Shown one piece after another: positions 1 to 9,431 of a stretch of DNA of 64,000 nt (position 1 is the first letter of the stretch; every line of letters begins with the position of its first letter). The notes under the pieces are model-generated. The model saw nothing but the letters and a program-made list of their open reading frames with translations, had not been told where the DNA came from and searched no databases. Origin of the DNA: Acidobacteriota bacterium (GTDB taxonomy: Bacteria; Acidobacteriota; UBA890; WLXD01); assembly GCA_963666055.2 (NCBI GenBank), contig CAXWPH010000006.1:160001-224000 (forward strand), read 5' to 3'. The position numbers were made by a program, and so were the translations under genes.

Positions 1-1
1 C

Positions 2-1588
2 TTCTCGGTAGCGGAGACGTTCTTCTGGGCCATCAATCGCAGCGCCGATTTGACGCTGTCCTACGAGCACTATGCCAACGCCGGCAATGGCTACTCAGCC
101 GAGTTTCGGCATGCCCTCGGCGATAGCGCCAACGGTTCGGTCCGTGCCTATTTCTTGCCGGGTAAAGAAGCTACGCAAGAGGAGAAGGAGGCCGGCAAGT
201 TCTCGTTCTCGCGCGGTTTCCTCATTAGTGCGATGCACATCCAGCCCCTGCCAGGCGGTACCACGTTCCGGCTTGGCGCGGACTCGGTCAGCAGCACCGA
301 GTTCGCCCGTCAGTTTCAAGACGACATCAACAAATTCCTGCAGCGGCAGTCGTACTTCACCGGCGAGCTCACCAAGAGCTGGGGTGCCAACACACTGTCG
401 CTGGTGGGCAGCAGCACCCAGCGCTTTGACAGCAACACGTTGTCGACCATCGGGCGCCGGCTACCAATGCTACGGTACAGCCTGCGCAGCACGCAGCTTC
501 TGGGGCCGATCTACGTGGCCGCTCAGGCCTCGGTGGCACGGCTACAGAAGCTGCGCATCGAGGAAAAGGCCCGGGGTGCCAAGAGCGACGGCGGTGTCTA
601 CAACCGCTTCGACATGCATCCGGAAGTGTCGGTCCAGTTGACGCAGATCCCATGGCTGACGTTCAACCCGTTCTTCCGCTATCGCTCGACCCGCTGGTCG
701 CATCGGACCCGGCAGGATGAGTTCAAGTTCGGCGCCAACCCCATCTCCCGGAACTTCTACGAGACCGGCGTCGAGATGGTGGGACCACAGCTGTTCAAGA
801 TCTACGACACGCCGGGGAGCAGCTACTCGCCACGCCTCAAGCACATTATTCAGCCACGCCTCGTGTATCGACGCATACACCCGATCAACGCCAAGCCCAA
901 GGAGTTGGCGCGCATCATTCTCTTCGACGAGATCGATTTCAGCGTCGCCGACAGCCAGAGCCTGACCGCAGAGATAACCACTCGGCTCTTCGCCAAACGC
1001 TACCCTGACCCCAACGCCGAGGAGCGCATGGTCTGGCAGTCTGCCGAGATCACGGTCGGCCGCACCTACAATCTCCAGCCGCTGACTCTGGCGGAGGAGG
1101 AGGTGGGCGTGCCACGGGTGAGGCTGCCTTGGTTCCTACGCGCGCGTCTCACCCCCAGCGCCACTTTCTATATCCAGGGCGATATGAGCTTCACACCCTC
1201 GTTCACTCCTGCCAGCTACACCGTGTCGGCCGAGGCGCGCGGCGCGGGTTCCGGGCTGGGGCTGAGCTGGTTTCGCGGCGTGAGTAACTTCCTCGACCCC
1301 CAGGATCTCAGCCAGGTCTTGGTGCAGACCACCAGCAACACGTTGCAAGTCTGGGGCAACGTCAGCCTGTTCGCCCAGCGCTTGACGCTCGGCTCCCGCG
1401 CCGGCATGGATCTGTTCCGCAATCAGCTGCAGAACATCAGCGGCAGCGTGCAATGGAACTTGCAGTGCTGTTCGCTCGGGGTCGACATCAGGCGACTCAA
1501 CTTCTTCGATCGCCAGGAGACCCAGTTCGCCCTGTTGCTGAACCTGGCGCAGGTCGGCAGTTTCGGGTTCGACAGCCATCGTCAATAG
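2..1588 (+). CDS. lptD: LPS-assembly outer-membrane beta-barrel LptD (5' partial)
   Basis: Frame is open from the window start (FFWAINRSADLT), has amphipathic beta-strand pattern and C-terminal WNLQCC...LLNLAQVGSFG typical of LptD. Confidence 0.75.
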   Translation, partial: FSVAETFFWAINRSADLTLSYEHYANAGNGYSAEFRHALGDSANGSVRAYFLPGKEATQEEKEAGKFSFSRGFLISAMHIQPLPGGTTFRLGADSVSSTEFARQFQDDINKFLQRQSYFTGELTKSWGANTLSLVGSSTQRFDSNTLSTIGRRLPMLRYSLRSTQLLGPIYVAAQASVARLQKLRIEEKARGAKSDGGVYNRFDMHPEVSVQLTQIPWLTFNPFFRYRSTRWSHRTRQDEFKFGANPISRNFYETGVEMVGPQLFKIYDTPGSSYSPRLKHIIQPRLVYRRIHPINAKPKELARIILFDEIDFSVADSQSLTAEITTRLFAKRYPDPNAEERMVWQSAEITVGRTYNLQPLTLAEEEVGVPRVRLPWFLRARLTPSATFYIQGDMSFTPSFTPASYTVSAEARGAGSGLGLSWFRGVSNFLDPQDLSQVLVQTTSNTLQVWGNVSLFAQRLTLGSRAGMDLFRNQLQNISGSVQWNLQCCSLGVDIRRLNFFDRQETQFALLLNLAQVGSFGFDSHRQ

Positions 1589-1679
1589 ACATGTCGGACT
1601 CGCCGCTCGGTCGGGCCACGCGAACCGGCGACAGCGTGTATAAGCTCCCTGAGCGTAATCTTGTCAGAAGGAGCCCCGC

Positions 1680-2633
1680 ATGCGCGTTTTGATCACCGGT
1701 ATCACGGGATTCGCCGGTTCGCACCTGGCCGACTTCGCACTCGACCAGGAAGGGGTCGAGGTTTACGGCATTCGGCGCTGGCGATCTCCCACAGAAAACA
1801 TCGACCATCTGGTCGATCAGCTAAACATCGTCGAGTGCGACCTTCGCGACGCTGCGTCCGTAACATCGATGATCGACAGAATACGACCGGATCGGATCTT
1901 CCATCTCGCCGCCCAGTCGTACGTGCCTACATCGTGGCACGCGCCGGCAGAGAGTCTGGAAACGAATATCATGGGCCAGCTGAACGTGTTCGAGGCTCTC
2001 CGCCAGACGGGCTGCGATGCTCGGATTCATATCGCCGGCTCGTCGGAGGAATACGGGCTCGTGTATCGCGACGAGGTTCCCATCACCGAGGCGAACCCCC
2101 TGCGCCCACTGTCTCCCTATGCCGTCTCAAAGGTCACGCAGGACCTGCTCGCGTACCAGTACTTTCGCTCCTACGGCACCCACACAATCCGCACGCGGGG
2201 CTTCAACCACACTGGGCCGCGGCGCGGCGAAGTGTTCGTCGTCAGTAATTTCGCCAAGCAGATAGCCTTGATCGAGGCCGACGCGCGAGAACCGACGATT
2301 CGCGTCGGCAACCTCGAGGCCGAGCGCGATTTCACCGACGTGCGGGATGTTGTGCGCGGCTACTGGCTGATCCTGGAGCACGGTGAAGCGGGCGACGTCT
2401 ACAACATTGCCAGCGGCAAGTCTTGGAAGATCCAGGCAGTGCTAGATCTCCTGCTGTCGTTTTCGGAGGTCGACATCAAAGTCGAGCTCGACCCGGAACG
2501 ACTTCGACCTTCCGATGTCGAACTGCTGCTCGGCGACGCCTCCAAGCTGAGAGCGGTCACCGGTTGGGAGCCGGTCATTCCCTTCGAACAAACAGCGCGG
2601 GAAACTCTGGACTACTGGCGGGCGCGCGTCTGA
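1680..2633 (+). CDS. GDP-mannose 4,6-dehydratase-family extended SDR
   Basis: GITGFAG Rossmann motif, HLAAQS, SSEEYG, PYAVSK (YxxxK), VGNLEAERDFTDVRD. Confidence 0.85.
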   Translation: MRVLITGITGFAGSHLADFALDQEGVEVYGIRRWRSPTENIDHLVDQLNIVECDLRDAASVTSMIDRIRPDRIFHLAAQSYVPTSWHAPAESLETNIMGQLNVFEALRQTGCDARIHIAGSSEEYGLVYRDEVPITEANPLRPLSPYAVSKVTQDLLAYQYFRSYGTHTIRTRGFNHTGPRRGEVFVVSNFAKQIALIEADAREPTIRVGNLEAERDFTDVRDVVRGYWLILEHGEAGDVYNIASGKSWKIQAVLDLLLSFSEVDIKVELDPERLRPSDVELLLGDASKLRAVTGWEPVIPFEQTARETLDYWRARV

Positions 2634-2677
2634 CGCCATTCCAGGGAACTCCGCTGCCAGCAAACCGGAGCAGGTCG

Positions 2678-3643
2678 ATCGCCACTTCGCTGATCACCGG
2701 GATCACCGGGTTCGCCGGTAGATATTTGTCGACGATCCTACAAGAACGTGGCGAACGCGTGTGTGGCTATGCACAGCCACCCGGCAACAACCGACATCAG
2801 TCGGAGCACGTCGAGGGCGCCGACCTACACTACGGCGACATACTGGATACCGATCACCTGTCAGAGTTGCTGGCACAGGTTCGCCCGCACACCGTGTACC
2901 ACCTGGCGGCGCTATCGCATGTCGGGAACTCCTGGGAGCATCGGCGAGCGACACTCGAGGTGAACCTCCTCGGGACTGACGCAGTGCTCGACGCCGTCGC
3001 CCAAACGAACCGGGAGACCACGGTGGTCCTCGTGTCGAGCGGCCAGGTATACGGAGCCACCGACGAGGGCTCCATGCCTCTGGGAGAGACAGCAGCAACA
3101 CGACCGCGCAACCCCTACGCGGCCAGCAAGCTGTGCGCCGAAGTGCTCGGCCGCCAAGCAGCCGACGCCGGCATGGCCCGCACCGTCATAGTGCGACCAT
3201 TCAACTTCGCCGGTCCCGGGCAGGAACCGGCCTTCGTCTGCTCCGACTTCGCCCGCCAGATCGCCCTCGCTGAGGTGACCGAGCGGAGGCCCCGCATTCG
3301 GGTTGGCAATCTCGAGGCGCGTCGCGACTTCACTCACGTACTCGATATGGCACGCGGCTTCCGCGCCGCCGCCGAGCACGGCCGCGCCGGAGCTACATAC
3401 AACCTGTGCAGCGGGCAGGGTATCGCCGTCCAGGAAATACTCGACGGGCTGCTGGCGCTCTCGCCCGCCGAGATCACCGTCGAGGTCGACCCGGAGCGCT
3501 TCCAGCCGGTAGACGTCCCGCTGTTTATCGGCGACGGTTCGCGCGCCCGGCGTGAGCTCGGATGGCAACCCGAGATTCCGATGGCCGAGACACTGCAGCA
3601 GACGCTCGAGTACTGGCGCAACCGAGTGCGAGCGGATGGCTGA
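2678..3643 (+). CDS. GDP-6-deoxy-4-keto-hexose reductase (Rmd-like) extended SDR; start uncertain
   Basis: GITGFAG, HLAALS, SSGQVYG, PYAASK, VGNLEARRDF; paralog of upstream gene; no ATG/GTG/TTG between the upstream stop and the Rossmann motif. Confidence 0.75.
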   Translation: MATSLITGITGFAGRYLSTILQERGERVCGYAQPPGNNRHQSEHVEGADLHYGDILDTDHLSELLAQVRPHTVYHLAALSHVGNSWEHRRATLEVNLLGTDAVLDAVAQTNRETTVVLVSSGQVYGATDEGSMPLGETAATRPRNPYAASKLCAEVLGRQAADAGMARTVIVRPFNFAGPGQEPAFVCSDFARQIALAEVTERRPRIRVGNLEARRDFTHVLDMARGFRAAAEHGRAGATYNLCSGQGIAVQEILDGLLALSPAEITVEVDPERFQPVDVPLFIGDGSRARRELGWQPEIPMAETLQQTLEYWRNRVRADG

Positions 3644-4307
3644 GGTCGCCGGCGATCTACTCACGCTCATCAGCGCTCGAGCCGTGCCCGGGATTACCTT
3701 CGGAGTCGCGGTCGGCGGGCTCCTGTGGTTGCTGGGACTTGGGCGCCGGCGCGCCGCCCCGATTGCGGCACTCCTGCTAACGGCAACGTTCATCGCCGCC
3801 GGCTGGGGTCTCACCTTGCTAATCGCGCTGCAGCTCACGCTTGCCGGCGTCGGCGGCCGACTGTCGGCGGCGGGCACGCGACCGGACGCGCCGGATATCT
3901 TGGGCCTCGCCGGCGTTACCGCGTTATGCGCCGTCGGATCGATGAGTGGTACTGCTCTGGCATATTGGCTTGCCGCGGGTTGCGGAGCTGCTGTGGGAGC
4001 GGCGGCCACCTGGACAACGGAGATGCTCGGCAAGACGTCAGGCCGCGAGCACGACTCGCCAGCCGTCCGGAGCATCGGCATCGGTGCGACAGGCCTGGTA
4101 GCAGCAATCATCAGCGGCGGCAGCCTGGTGATCGCGGCGCTGTGGCTGCGCGTGCTGGGTGCCGGGGAACCGGCGCTGGCCGGCGTCGGCTCGCTATTCG
4201 GCGTGGCGCTGGCCAGGCGTGCCGGGCGAACGCGCTCTGGGCGGCTGGCCACGGCGGCACTGGTAGCCGGCACGTCTACCGCGTTCCTCGCTGCTCTTCT
4301 GCCCTAA
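3636..4307 (+). CDS. Hydrophobic membrane protein, weak DUF92-like resemblance
   Basis: Multiple TM segments; ATG overlaps upstream stop; ATWTTEMLG loosely resembles the DUF92 DT-ASE-G motif. Confidence 0.55.
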   Translation: MAEVAGDLLTLISARAVPGITFGVAVGGLLWLLGLGRRRAAPIAALLLTATFIAAGWGLTLLIALQLTLAGVGGRLSAAGTRPDAPDILGLAGVTALCAVGSMSGTALAYWLAAGCGAAVGAAATWTTEMLGKTSGREHDSPAVRSIGIGATGLVAAIISGGSLVIAALWLRVLGAGEPALAGVGSLFGVALARRAGRTRSGRLATAALVAGTSTAFLAALLP

Positions 4308-4374
4308 GCTATCCCAGACGAGGCCGCTGCCGCCGCGCTACAATCGAAGCACCATCCCTTCGGAGGTCGCCAGC

Positions 4375-5205
4375 ATGAACGTATTGAAAACGACCGCGCT
4401 GCTCGGCGTGATGACCGGACTCCTGTTGGCAATCGGGTCCTTTTTCGGCAATCAGGGCCTGATAATCGCCATGGGCTTGGCGGTGGTCTTCAACTTCGGC
4501 AGCTACTGGTTCTCAGACAAGATCGTGCTGAAGATGTACCGTGCGCAGCCGGCCGACCCGAGTCAATTCGCCGCGTTGCATGCTGTGGTGGAACGGTTGG
4601 CCGGGCGCGCCGGCCTCCCGAAGCCCGCCATCTACGTGCTGCCGTCGCCGGGCGCGAACGCCTTCGCCACCGGACGCAACCCACAGCACTCGGCTGTCGC
4701 GGTAACGGCGGGATTGCTACAGATGCTCGACGAGCAGGAGCTCGAGGGCGTCCTCGCTCACGAACTGGCACATATCAAGAACCGCGACATCCTGGTCTCG
4801 AGCATCGCTGCCACCATGGCCGGCGCCATCACGATGATGGCTCGTATGGTCGGGTACGCGGCGATGTTCGGCGGAGGACGCGACCGCGACGGCGGTGGCG
4901 GCGCCTTGGGAGCACTCGCAATGATGATCGTCGCACCGTTAGCCGCGGTCGTAGTTCAGATGGCCGTATCTCGCACGCGCGAGTACAAGGCCGACGCGAC
5001 CGGCGCCCGGATAGTGGGGCATCCACATGGCTTGATGAGCGCCTTGCAGAAGCTGGAGCGCGCCAGCCAGCGAGTGCCCATGCAAGCTTCGCCGACGACA
5101 GCTCACATGTTCATCGTGCGACCGTTCTCCGGTGGCCTCACGAGCTTGTTCGCAACGCACCCGCCGATGCCAGAACGCATTCGCCGCCTGCACAACCTGA
5201 GCTGA
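4375..5205 (+). CDS. htpX: Zinc metalloprotease HtpX (M48)
   Basis: NAFATGRNP, HELAH zinc motif, SRTREYKAD, THPP; GGAGG RBS. Confidence 0.93.
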   Translation: MNVLKTTALLGVMTGLLLAIGSFFGNQGLIIAMGLAVVFNFGSYWFSDKIVLKMYRAQPADPSQFAALHAVVERLAGRAGLPKPAIYVLPSPGANAFATGRNPQHSAVAVTAGLLQMLDEQELEGVLAHELAHIKNRDILVSSIAATMAGAITMMARMVGYAAMFGGGRDRDGGGGALGALAMMIVAPLAAVVVQMAVSRTREYKADATGARIVGHPHGLMSALQKLERASQRVPMQASPTTAHMFIVRPFSGGLTSLFATHPPMPERIRRLHNLS

Positions 5206-5365
5206 CGTCGGCATCTGACCCCAACTCGTCGTAACCAGGCCCACAACACTTCCACCACGGCCTGCTAGGCCGCGAACGCCCCCAGCCGACGAACCCTGAT
5301 CAATCCTGTGCCGCAACGTGCGTCAGAGCGCGATACGAGTTTTTTCGGGGGAAGGCGACGATTAC

Positions 5366-5394
5366 TTGACATGCGCTCCGCTGCTCCCTATAGT
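5366..5394 (+). promoter_or_regulatory. Sigma70-type promoter of dcw operon
   Basis: TTGACA (5366-5371), 17-nt spacer, TATAGT (5389-5394) upstream of mraZ. Confidence 0.8.
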
Positions 5395-5400
5395 CCGGCA

Positions 5401-5425
5401 GTGGATCAAAGTGGGCTGAGGTGGT
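5401..5425 (+). promoter_or_regulatory. MraZ operator (three GTGG[A/G/T] boxes, 10-bp period)
   Basis: GTGGAtcaaaGTGGGctgagGTGGT just downstream of the -10 element; matches known MraZ GTGGG direct repeats. Confidence 0.75.
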
Positions 5426-5477
5426 ACTCATACCCCAAAAACAGTCGGAATTGCCTTGATTTGGGGCTCGGTGTCGG

Positions 5478-5918
5478 ATGCTCAGGGGGAATCATCCAGC
5501 AACGGTGGATGCGAAGCACCGCATCAAGATACCGACCGCTTTTCGCAACGTAATCCGGGAGACCTACGGTGACGACTTCTTCCTCACCAGCTTCACCGGG
5601 GAGAACGTTCTCGCCTATCCACTGCCGGAATGGGGCCGCGTGGAAGAACGCTTGCAGGCTATCCCGAGCATGAACCCCTCCCGTCAGAAGCTCCTGTCAC
5701 GGGTCAATTACTACGGAGCGTTGGCCTCGATGGACCGGCAGGGCCGCGTTCTGGTGCCGCCGCTCCTGCGCGTTGCCTCCGCGGTCGACGGCGAGGTAGT
5801 GGTGATGGGCCAGCTGACCCATCTCGAGATCTGGAACCACGAGGCCTTCCGACAGCGGCTGGCTGACAGCCCGCTGACCATCGACGACCTGCAGATCCTC
5901 GCGGACATGGGGGTATGA
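5478..5918 (+). CDS. mraZ: Division/cell wall cluster transcriptional repressor MraZ
   Basis: DAKHRIKIP and DRQGRVLVP repeats, HLEIW; first gene of dcw. Confidence 0.95.
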   Translation: MLRGNHPATVDAKHRIKIPTAFRNVIRETYGDDFFLTSFTGENVLAYPLPEWGRVEERLQAIPSMNPSRQKLLSRVNYYGALASMDRQGRVLVPPLLRVASAVDGEVVVMGQLTHLEIWNHEAFRQRLADSPLTIDDLQILADMGV

Positions 5919-6940
5919 CCATGGTCATGAGCCGCAGCATCCCGCTCAGCCTGGCTACATTGGCGCCGCCGGGACACGACATGGCGCAGCGCGGACGACG
6001 TTTGCGCAATGCTGCCGAGGTGCACACACCGGTCATGCGCGATGAGGTACTCGAACATCTGCGTGCCGCACCTAGTGGCACGATGGTCGACGGCACGCTG
6101 GGGCTCGGCGGCCATGCGGACGCGCTGCTGGAGGCGCGCGACGACATTCACCTGATCGGTATCGATCGCGACTCCGATGCTCTCGAGCTCGCCGATCTTC
6201 GCCTGGCGCGATGGTCTGGGAGATACGAGCTGTGCCGCGCCGACTATCGCGCTCTTTCTGAGATGAGCAGCGCCCGTGGCTGGGAACCCATCTCAGCCAT
6301 TCTTATCGATCTGGGGGCCTCGTCGTTGCAGCTCGATACGGCCGAGCGCGGCTTCTCGTTCCGGCTCGAGGGGCCGCTCGACATGCGTATGGATCGGCGA
6401 CAGCCGCGCACAGCGGCCGACGCGATCAATCGACTCTCCGGCGACGAGCTGCGCTCGCTGATCCGCGACTACGGGGAAGAAGTCCATGCAGCGCGCATAG
6501 CACGCGCCATCGTCAAGGCTCGGGAGATCGAGCCGATCACCACGACCACGCGTCTTGCCAAGATCATCGATGCCGCGGTGCCCCAGCGTGGCCCTCGACG
6601 GATTCATCCGGCTACGCGCACTTTCCAGGCCCTGCGGATCGCCACAAACGACGAGCTTGGTGGGCTGCAGGAGTTCGTCGTTGGAGCGAGCCGGCTACTC
6701 GTCCGCGGTGGCCGACTGATTGTTTTGGCATTTCATTCGCTGGAAGACCGTGCCATCAAGCGTGCGTTCAAGCACCTGGCCAGCGACTGTGAGTGCCCGC
6801 CAGAGCTACCGCAGTGCGTCTGCGACAAGCGCTCTGAAGTCAAGATTCTGACCTCGCGACCGCTAAGGCCTAGTGAGGACGAGGTCGCCTCGAACCGACG
6901 TGCGCGCAGCGCCAAGATGCGCGTGCTGGAACGGATCTAA
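5915..6940 (+). CDS. rsmH: 16S rRNA m4C1402 methyltransferase RsmH (start may be 5981)
   Basis: HTPVM, DGTLGLGGH, RGFSF..GPLDMRMD, HPATRTFQALRI, FHSLEDR, RARSAKMR. Confidence 0.96.
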   Translation: MTMVMSRSIPLSLATLAPPGHDMAQRGRRLRNAAEVHTPVMRDEVLEHLRAAPSGTMVDGTLGLGGHADALLEARDDIHLIGIDRDSDALELADLRLARWSGRYELCRADYRALSEMSSARGWEPISAILIDLGASSLQLDTAERGFSFRLEGPLDMRMDRRQPRTAADAINRLSGDELRSLIRDYGEEVHAARIARAIVKAREIEPITTTTRLAKIIDAAVPQRGPRRIHPATRTFQALRIATNDELGGLQEFVVGASRLLVRGGRLIVLAFHSLEDRAIKRAFKHLASDCECPPELPQCVCDKRSEVKILTSRPLRPSEDEVASNRRARSAKMRVLERI

Positions 6941-7090
6941 GGAGGAAGGATCGCGGAGAGTCGAGGATCTGTGGCTCCATGGCCAGCTAGTAACCCATGT
7001 GTTGTAAAAAATGCCTCCCTTTACAACCCTGGCTAGCTTTCGCCCCAGGCCATTGGAGCCACAGACCCCCGACTCTCCCGGCAGCCCTCC
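6941..7090. other. Long imperfect inverted repeat (rod-like hairpin) between rsmH and ftsL
   Basis: Nested complementary segments GGAGAGTCG/CGACTCTCC, TCTGTGGCTCCA/TGGAGCCACAGA, TGGCC/GGCCA, AGCTAG/CTAGCT, GTTGTAAA/TTTACAAC. Confidence 0.8.
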
Positions 7091-7099
7091 GGCGACGGA

Positions 7100-7486
7100 G
7101 TGAGCGACTTGTCCCGCATCGCGAACCGGCCTCTGATCAAGGCGCGTGAGCCGAACCGTTTCAGCGACCTCGGACAAGCCTTCGCCGGCATCCTGCTGCT
7201 GACCATACCGGCATTCCTCTACACTTCCCAGCGCGCCGATGTGCGCGAGTCCCGACGGCAGACGGGGAACCTCGAGGCAACCTTGCTGCAATTGCAGCAG
7301 GAGCGCAAGTTGCTCGAGTTGGAGCTTCAGACCGAGCTCGATCCGCGCGCGTTGGAGCAAAAAGCACGCACCATCGCCGGTCTCCGCAACCCTGAAGACG
7401 GCCAGGTAGAGCATCTGCCTCGCGTCTACGGCAACGCCGGGGGCAACGGGAGCATCGCAACGGTGGCGACCGATGGTCATCCGTAG
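7100..7486 (+). CDS. ftsL: Probable cell division protein FtsL
   Basis: Single TM followed by leucine heptad coiled coil; positioned between rsmH and ftsI. Confidence 0.65.
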   Translation: MSDLSRIANRPLIKAREPNRFSDLGQAFAGILLLTIPAFLYTSQRADVRESRRQTGNLEATLLQLQQERKLLELELQTELDPRALEQKARTIAGLRNPEDGQVEHLPRVYGNAGGNGSIATVATDGHP

Positions 7487-9314
7487 CCTCGGACGCGACC
7501 ACTCTCACGATACCCAGCGCAGCCGTGCGATGCTGCTGCTGGCCATGGCCACGGTCTGGGGACTTGTGCTGCTTGGCCGGCTGAGCTACCTACAGCTTTA
7601 CCTTCACGATGCGTTGGTCGAGCGCGCCGCAAGCCAGCAAACAAGGGTCATCGAGCTAGCTGGGCGGCGGGGTGACATCTTCGCCCGCGGCGGCGAGACA
7701 TTGGCGACCAGCATCCAGCTGGGCTCGATCTATGCGCAGCCACCGAAGATCGACGACCCCTTGGCGACCGCCCAGCTGCTGGCACCCGCCCTAGAGCTAC
7801 CGGTAGAAGCGCTTGCCGAAGCGCTTTCGCGCCAACGGCCGTTCGTCTACCTGCGACGCAAGGCTCGCCCGGAAACGACGGCCGAGGTATCGCGGATCGT
7901 CAGGCACGAGCATCTGCGAGGTATCGGGGTGCTGCCCGAGTCGAGGCGCTACTACCCTCACCGTTCACTCGCCGCGCACGTGATCGGCGCCGTGGATATC
8001 GACAACGCCGGCCGATTCGGCATCGAGCGCCACTACGACGACCTCATCGCAGGGCAACCTGGCGCATTCAACAGCCTACGTGACGGCTGGCGCAACGTCA
8101 TCGGCACGAGGGGCGCCCTGATGGAGGATCCGACGCGCGGTCACGATCTGGTGCTCACCGTCGATTGGGGGCTGCAGTACGCCGCGGAGGAAGCGCTTCG
8201 ACGTGCTGTGCTCGACAAGCACGCGGTGGGGGGTAGCATCGTCGCGATGGATCCGAGTACAGGCGCCGTCCGCGCCATGGCCAGCTTCCCGACACTCAAC
8301 CTCAACGACAACAACGACCCTGCTTTTCTGGCCCACGCGCGCAACAACAGCGTCTCGTTCACCTTCGAGCCGGGCTCGATCTTCAAGGTAATCACTGCGG
8401 CGGCCGCGTTGCACGAGGGCGTGGTGGACGAAGACGAGCTGATCGATTGCGAGGGCGGTACATACCGCGTCGCCAACCACACGTATCACGATTGGAAGCC
8501 GGGCTTCGGCATAATGCCCTTCCGAGACGTGCTCACGTACTCCAGCAACGTCGGCACTATCAAGGTCTGCCAACGGCTGGCGCCGCAGACTTTCTACTCG
8601 TGGATCCGTGACTTCGGATTCGGGAGCCGCACTGGTGTCGATCTACCGAACGAGGAGCCTGGCCGCGTCCGCGCGCCTGAAGATTGGTCGAAGCTGTCAC
8701 AATCGTCGTTGGCTTTCGGGCAGGAGCTCTCGACTACTCCCATCCAGCTGACCACCGCCATTGCCGCCATCGCCAACGGCGGCTTGCTGTTGCGTCCCTA
8801 CCTCGTCGAGCAAGTCCGCGACCGGGACGGTAACCTCCGCGCCGAGATCGAACATGCACACGGTAAGATCAAACTGGGTCAGTCTCAGGTGCGGCGCAGG
8901 GTGCTCAAGCAATCGATCGCACGTCGTGTGGCACTGGTGATGGAACGAGTGGTCTCGGTGGGAACCGGAAAGCCCGCAGGGATCCGCGGCTATCGGATCG
9001 CCGGCAAGACCTCGACAGCGGAGAAATACGACCCGTCGACGCGTCGTTATTCGAAGTACGTAGCCGCTTTTGCCGGGTTCTTACCTGCCGCCGACCCGCG
9101 GCTGGTGATCCTGGTCGTCATCGACGAGCCGAAGCGCGGCTACGGTCACGGCGGATCGCAAGCTGCCGCGCCGGCGTTCCGCGCCGTCGCCGATGCAGCG
9201 ACGCGGATCTTCCGGATTGCACCCGAGGATTTCTCGGTACCCGAGGAATGGGTAACCGACGGCCCGGAAATGGCCCCGAATACAAGGCTCGGATCGATCT
9301 CACCGGTGCCGTAG
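7473..9314 (+). CDS. ftsI: Penicillin-binding protein FtsI/PBP3
   Basis: RRGDIF, RRYYP, EPGSIFK (SxxK), SSN (SxN), KTS motif. Confidence 0.93.
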   Translation: MVIRSLGRDHSHDTQRSRAMLLLAMATVWGLVLLGRLSYLQLYLHDALVERAASQQTRVIELAGRRGDIFARGGETLATSIQLGSIYAQPPKIDDPLATAQLLAPALELPVEALAEALSRQRPFVYLRRKARPETTAEVSRIVRHEHLRGIGVLPESRRYYPHRSLAAHVIGAVDIDNAGRFGIERHYDDLIAGQPGAFNSLRDGWRNVIGTRGALMEDPTRGHDLVLTVDWGLQYAAEEALRRAVLDKHAVGGSIVAMDPSTGAVRAMASFPTLNLNDNNDPAFLAHARNNSVSFTFEPGSIFKVITAAAALHEGVVDEDELIDCEGGTYRVANHTYHDWKPGFGIMPFRDVLTYSSNVGTIKVCQRLAPQTFYSWIRDFGFGSRTGVDLPNEEPGRVRAPEDWSKLSQSSLAFGQELSTTPIQLTTAIAAIANGGLLLRPYLVEQVRDRDGNLRAEIEHAHGKIKLGQSQVRRRVLKQSIARRVALVMERVVSVGTGKPAGIRGYRIAGKTSTAEKYDPSTRRYSKYVAAFAGFLPAADPRLVILVVIDEPKRGYGHGGSQAAAPAFRAVADAATRIFRIAPEDFSVPEEWVTDGPEMAPNTRLGSISPVP

Positions 9315-9431
9315 CGACGGGCTGGCGGTTGGAGTTGGGGCCGTCTTCGCGACGGCTTTTTGTCGTTGCCGAGGCGGCGGCAGACATTGGGGGGCCTTGT
9401 GGCCCTCGAGACGGATAGCGCGACCGAGGGA

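Noticed and set aside
2912-4273. 453-aa - strand ORF
   Set aside because: Antisense to well-supported + strand genes; low-complexity Ala/Pro/Arg composition
6941-7090. 6S, SRP or RNase P RNA assignment for the hairpin
   Set aside because: No large symmetric central bubble, no SRP GNRA domain IV motif, no RNase P P4 consensus
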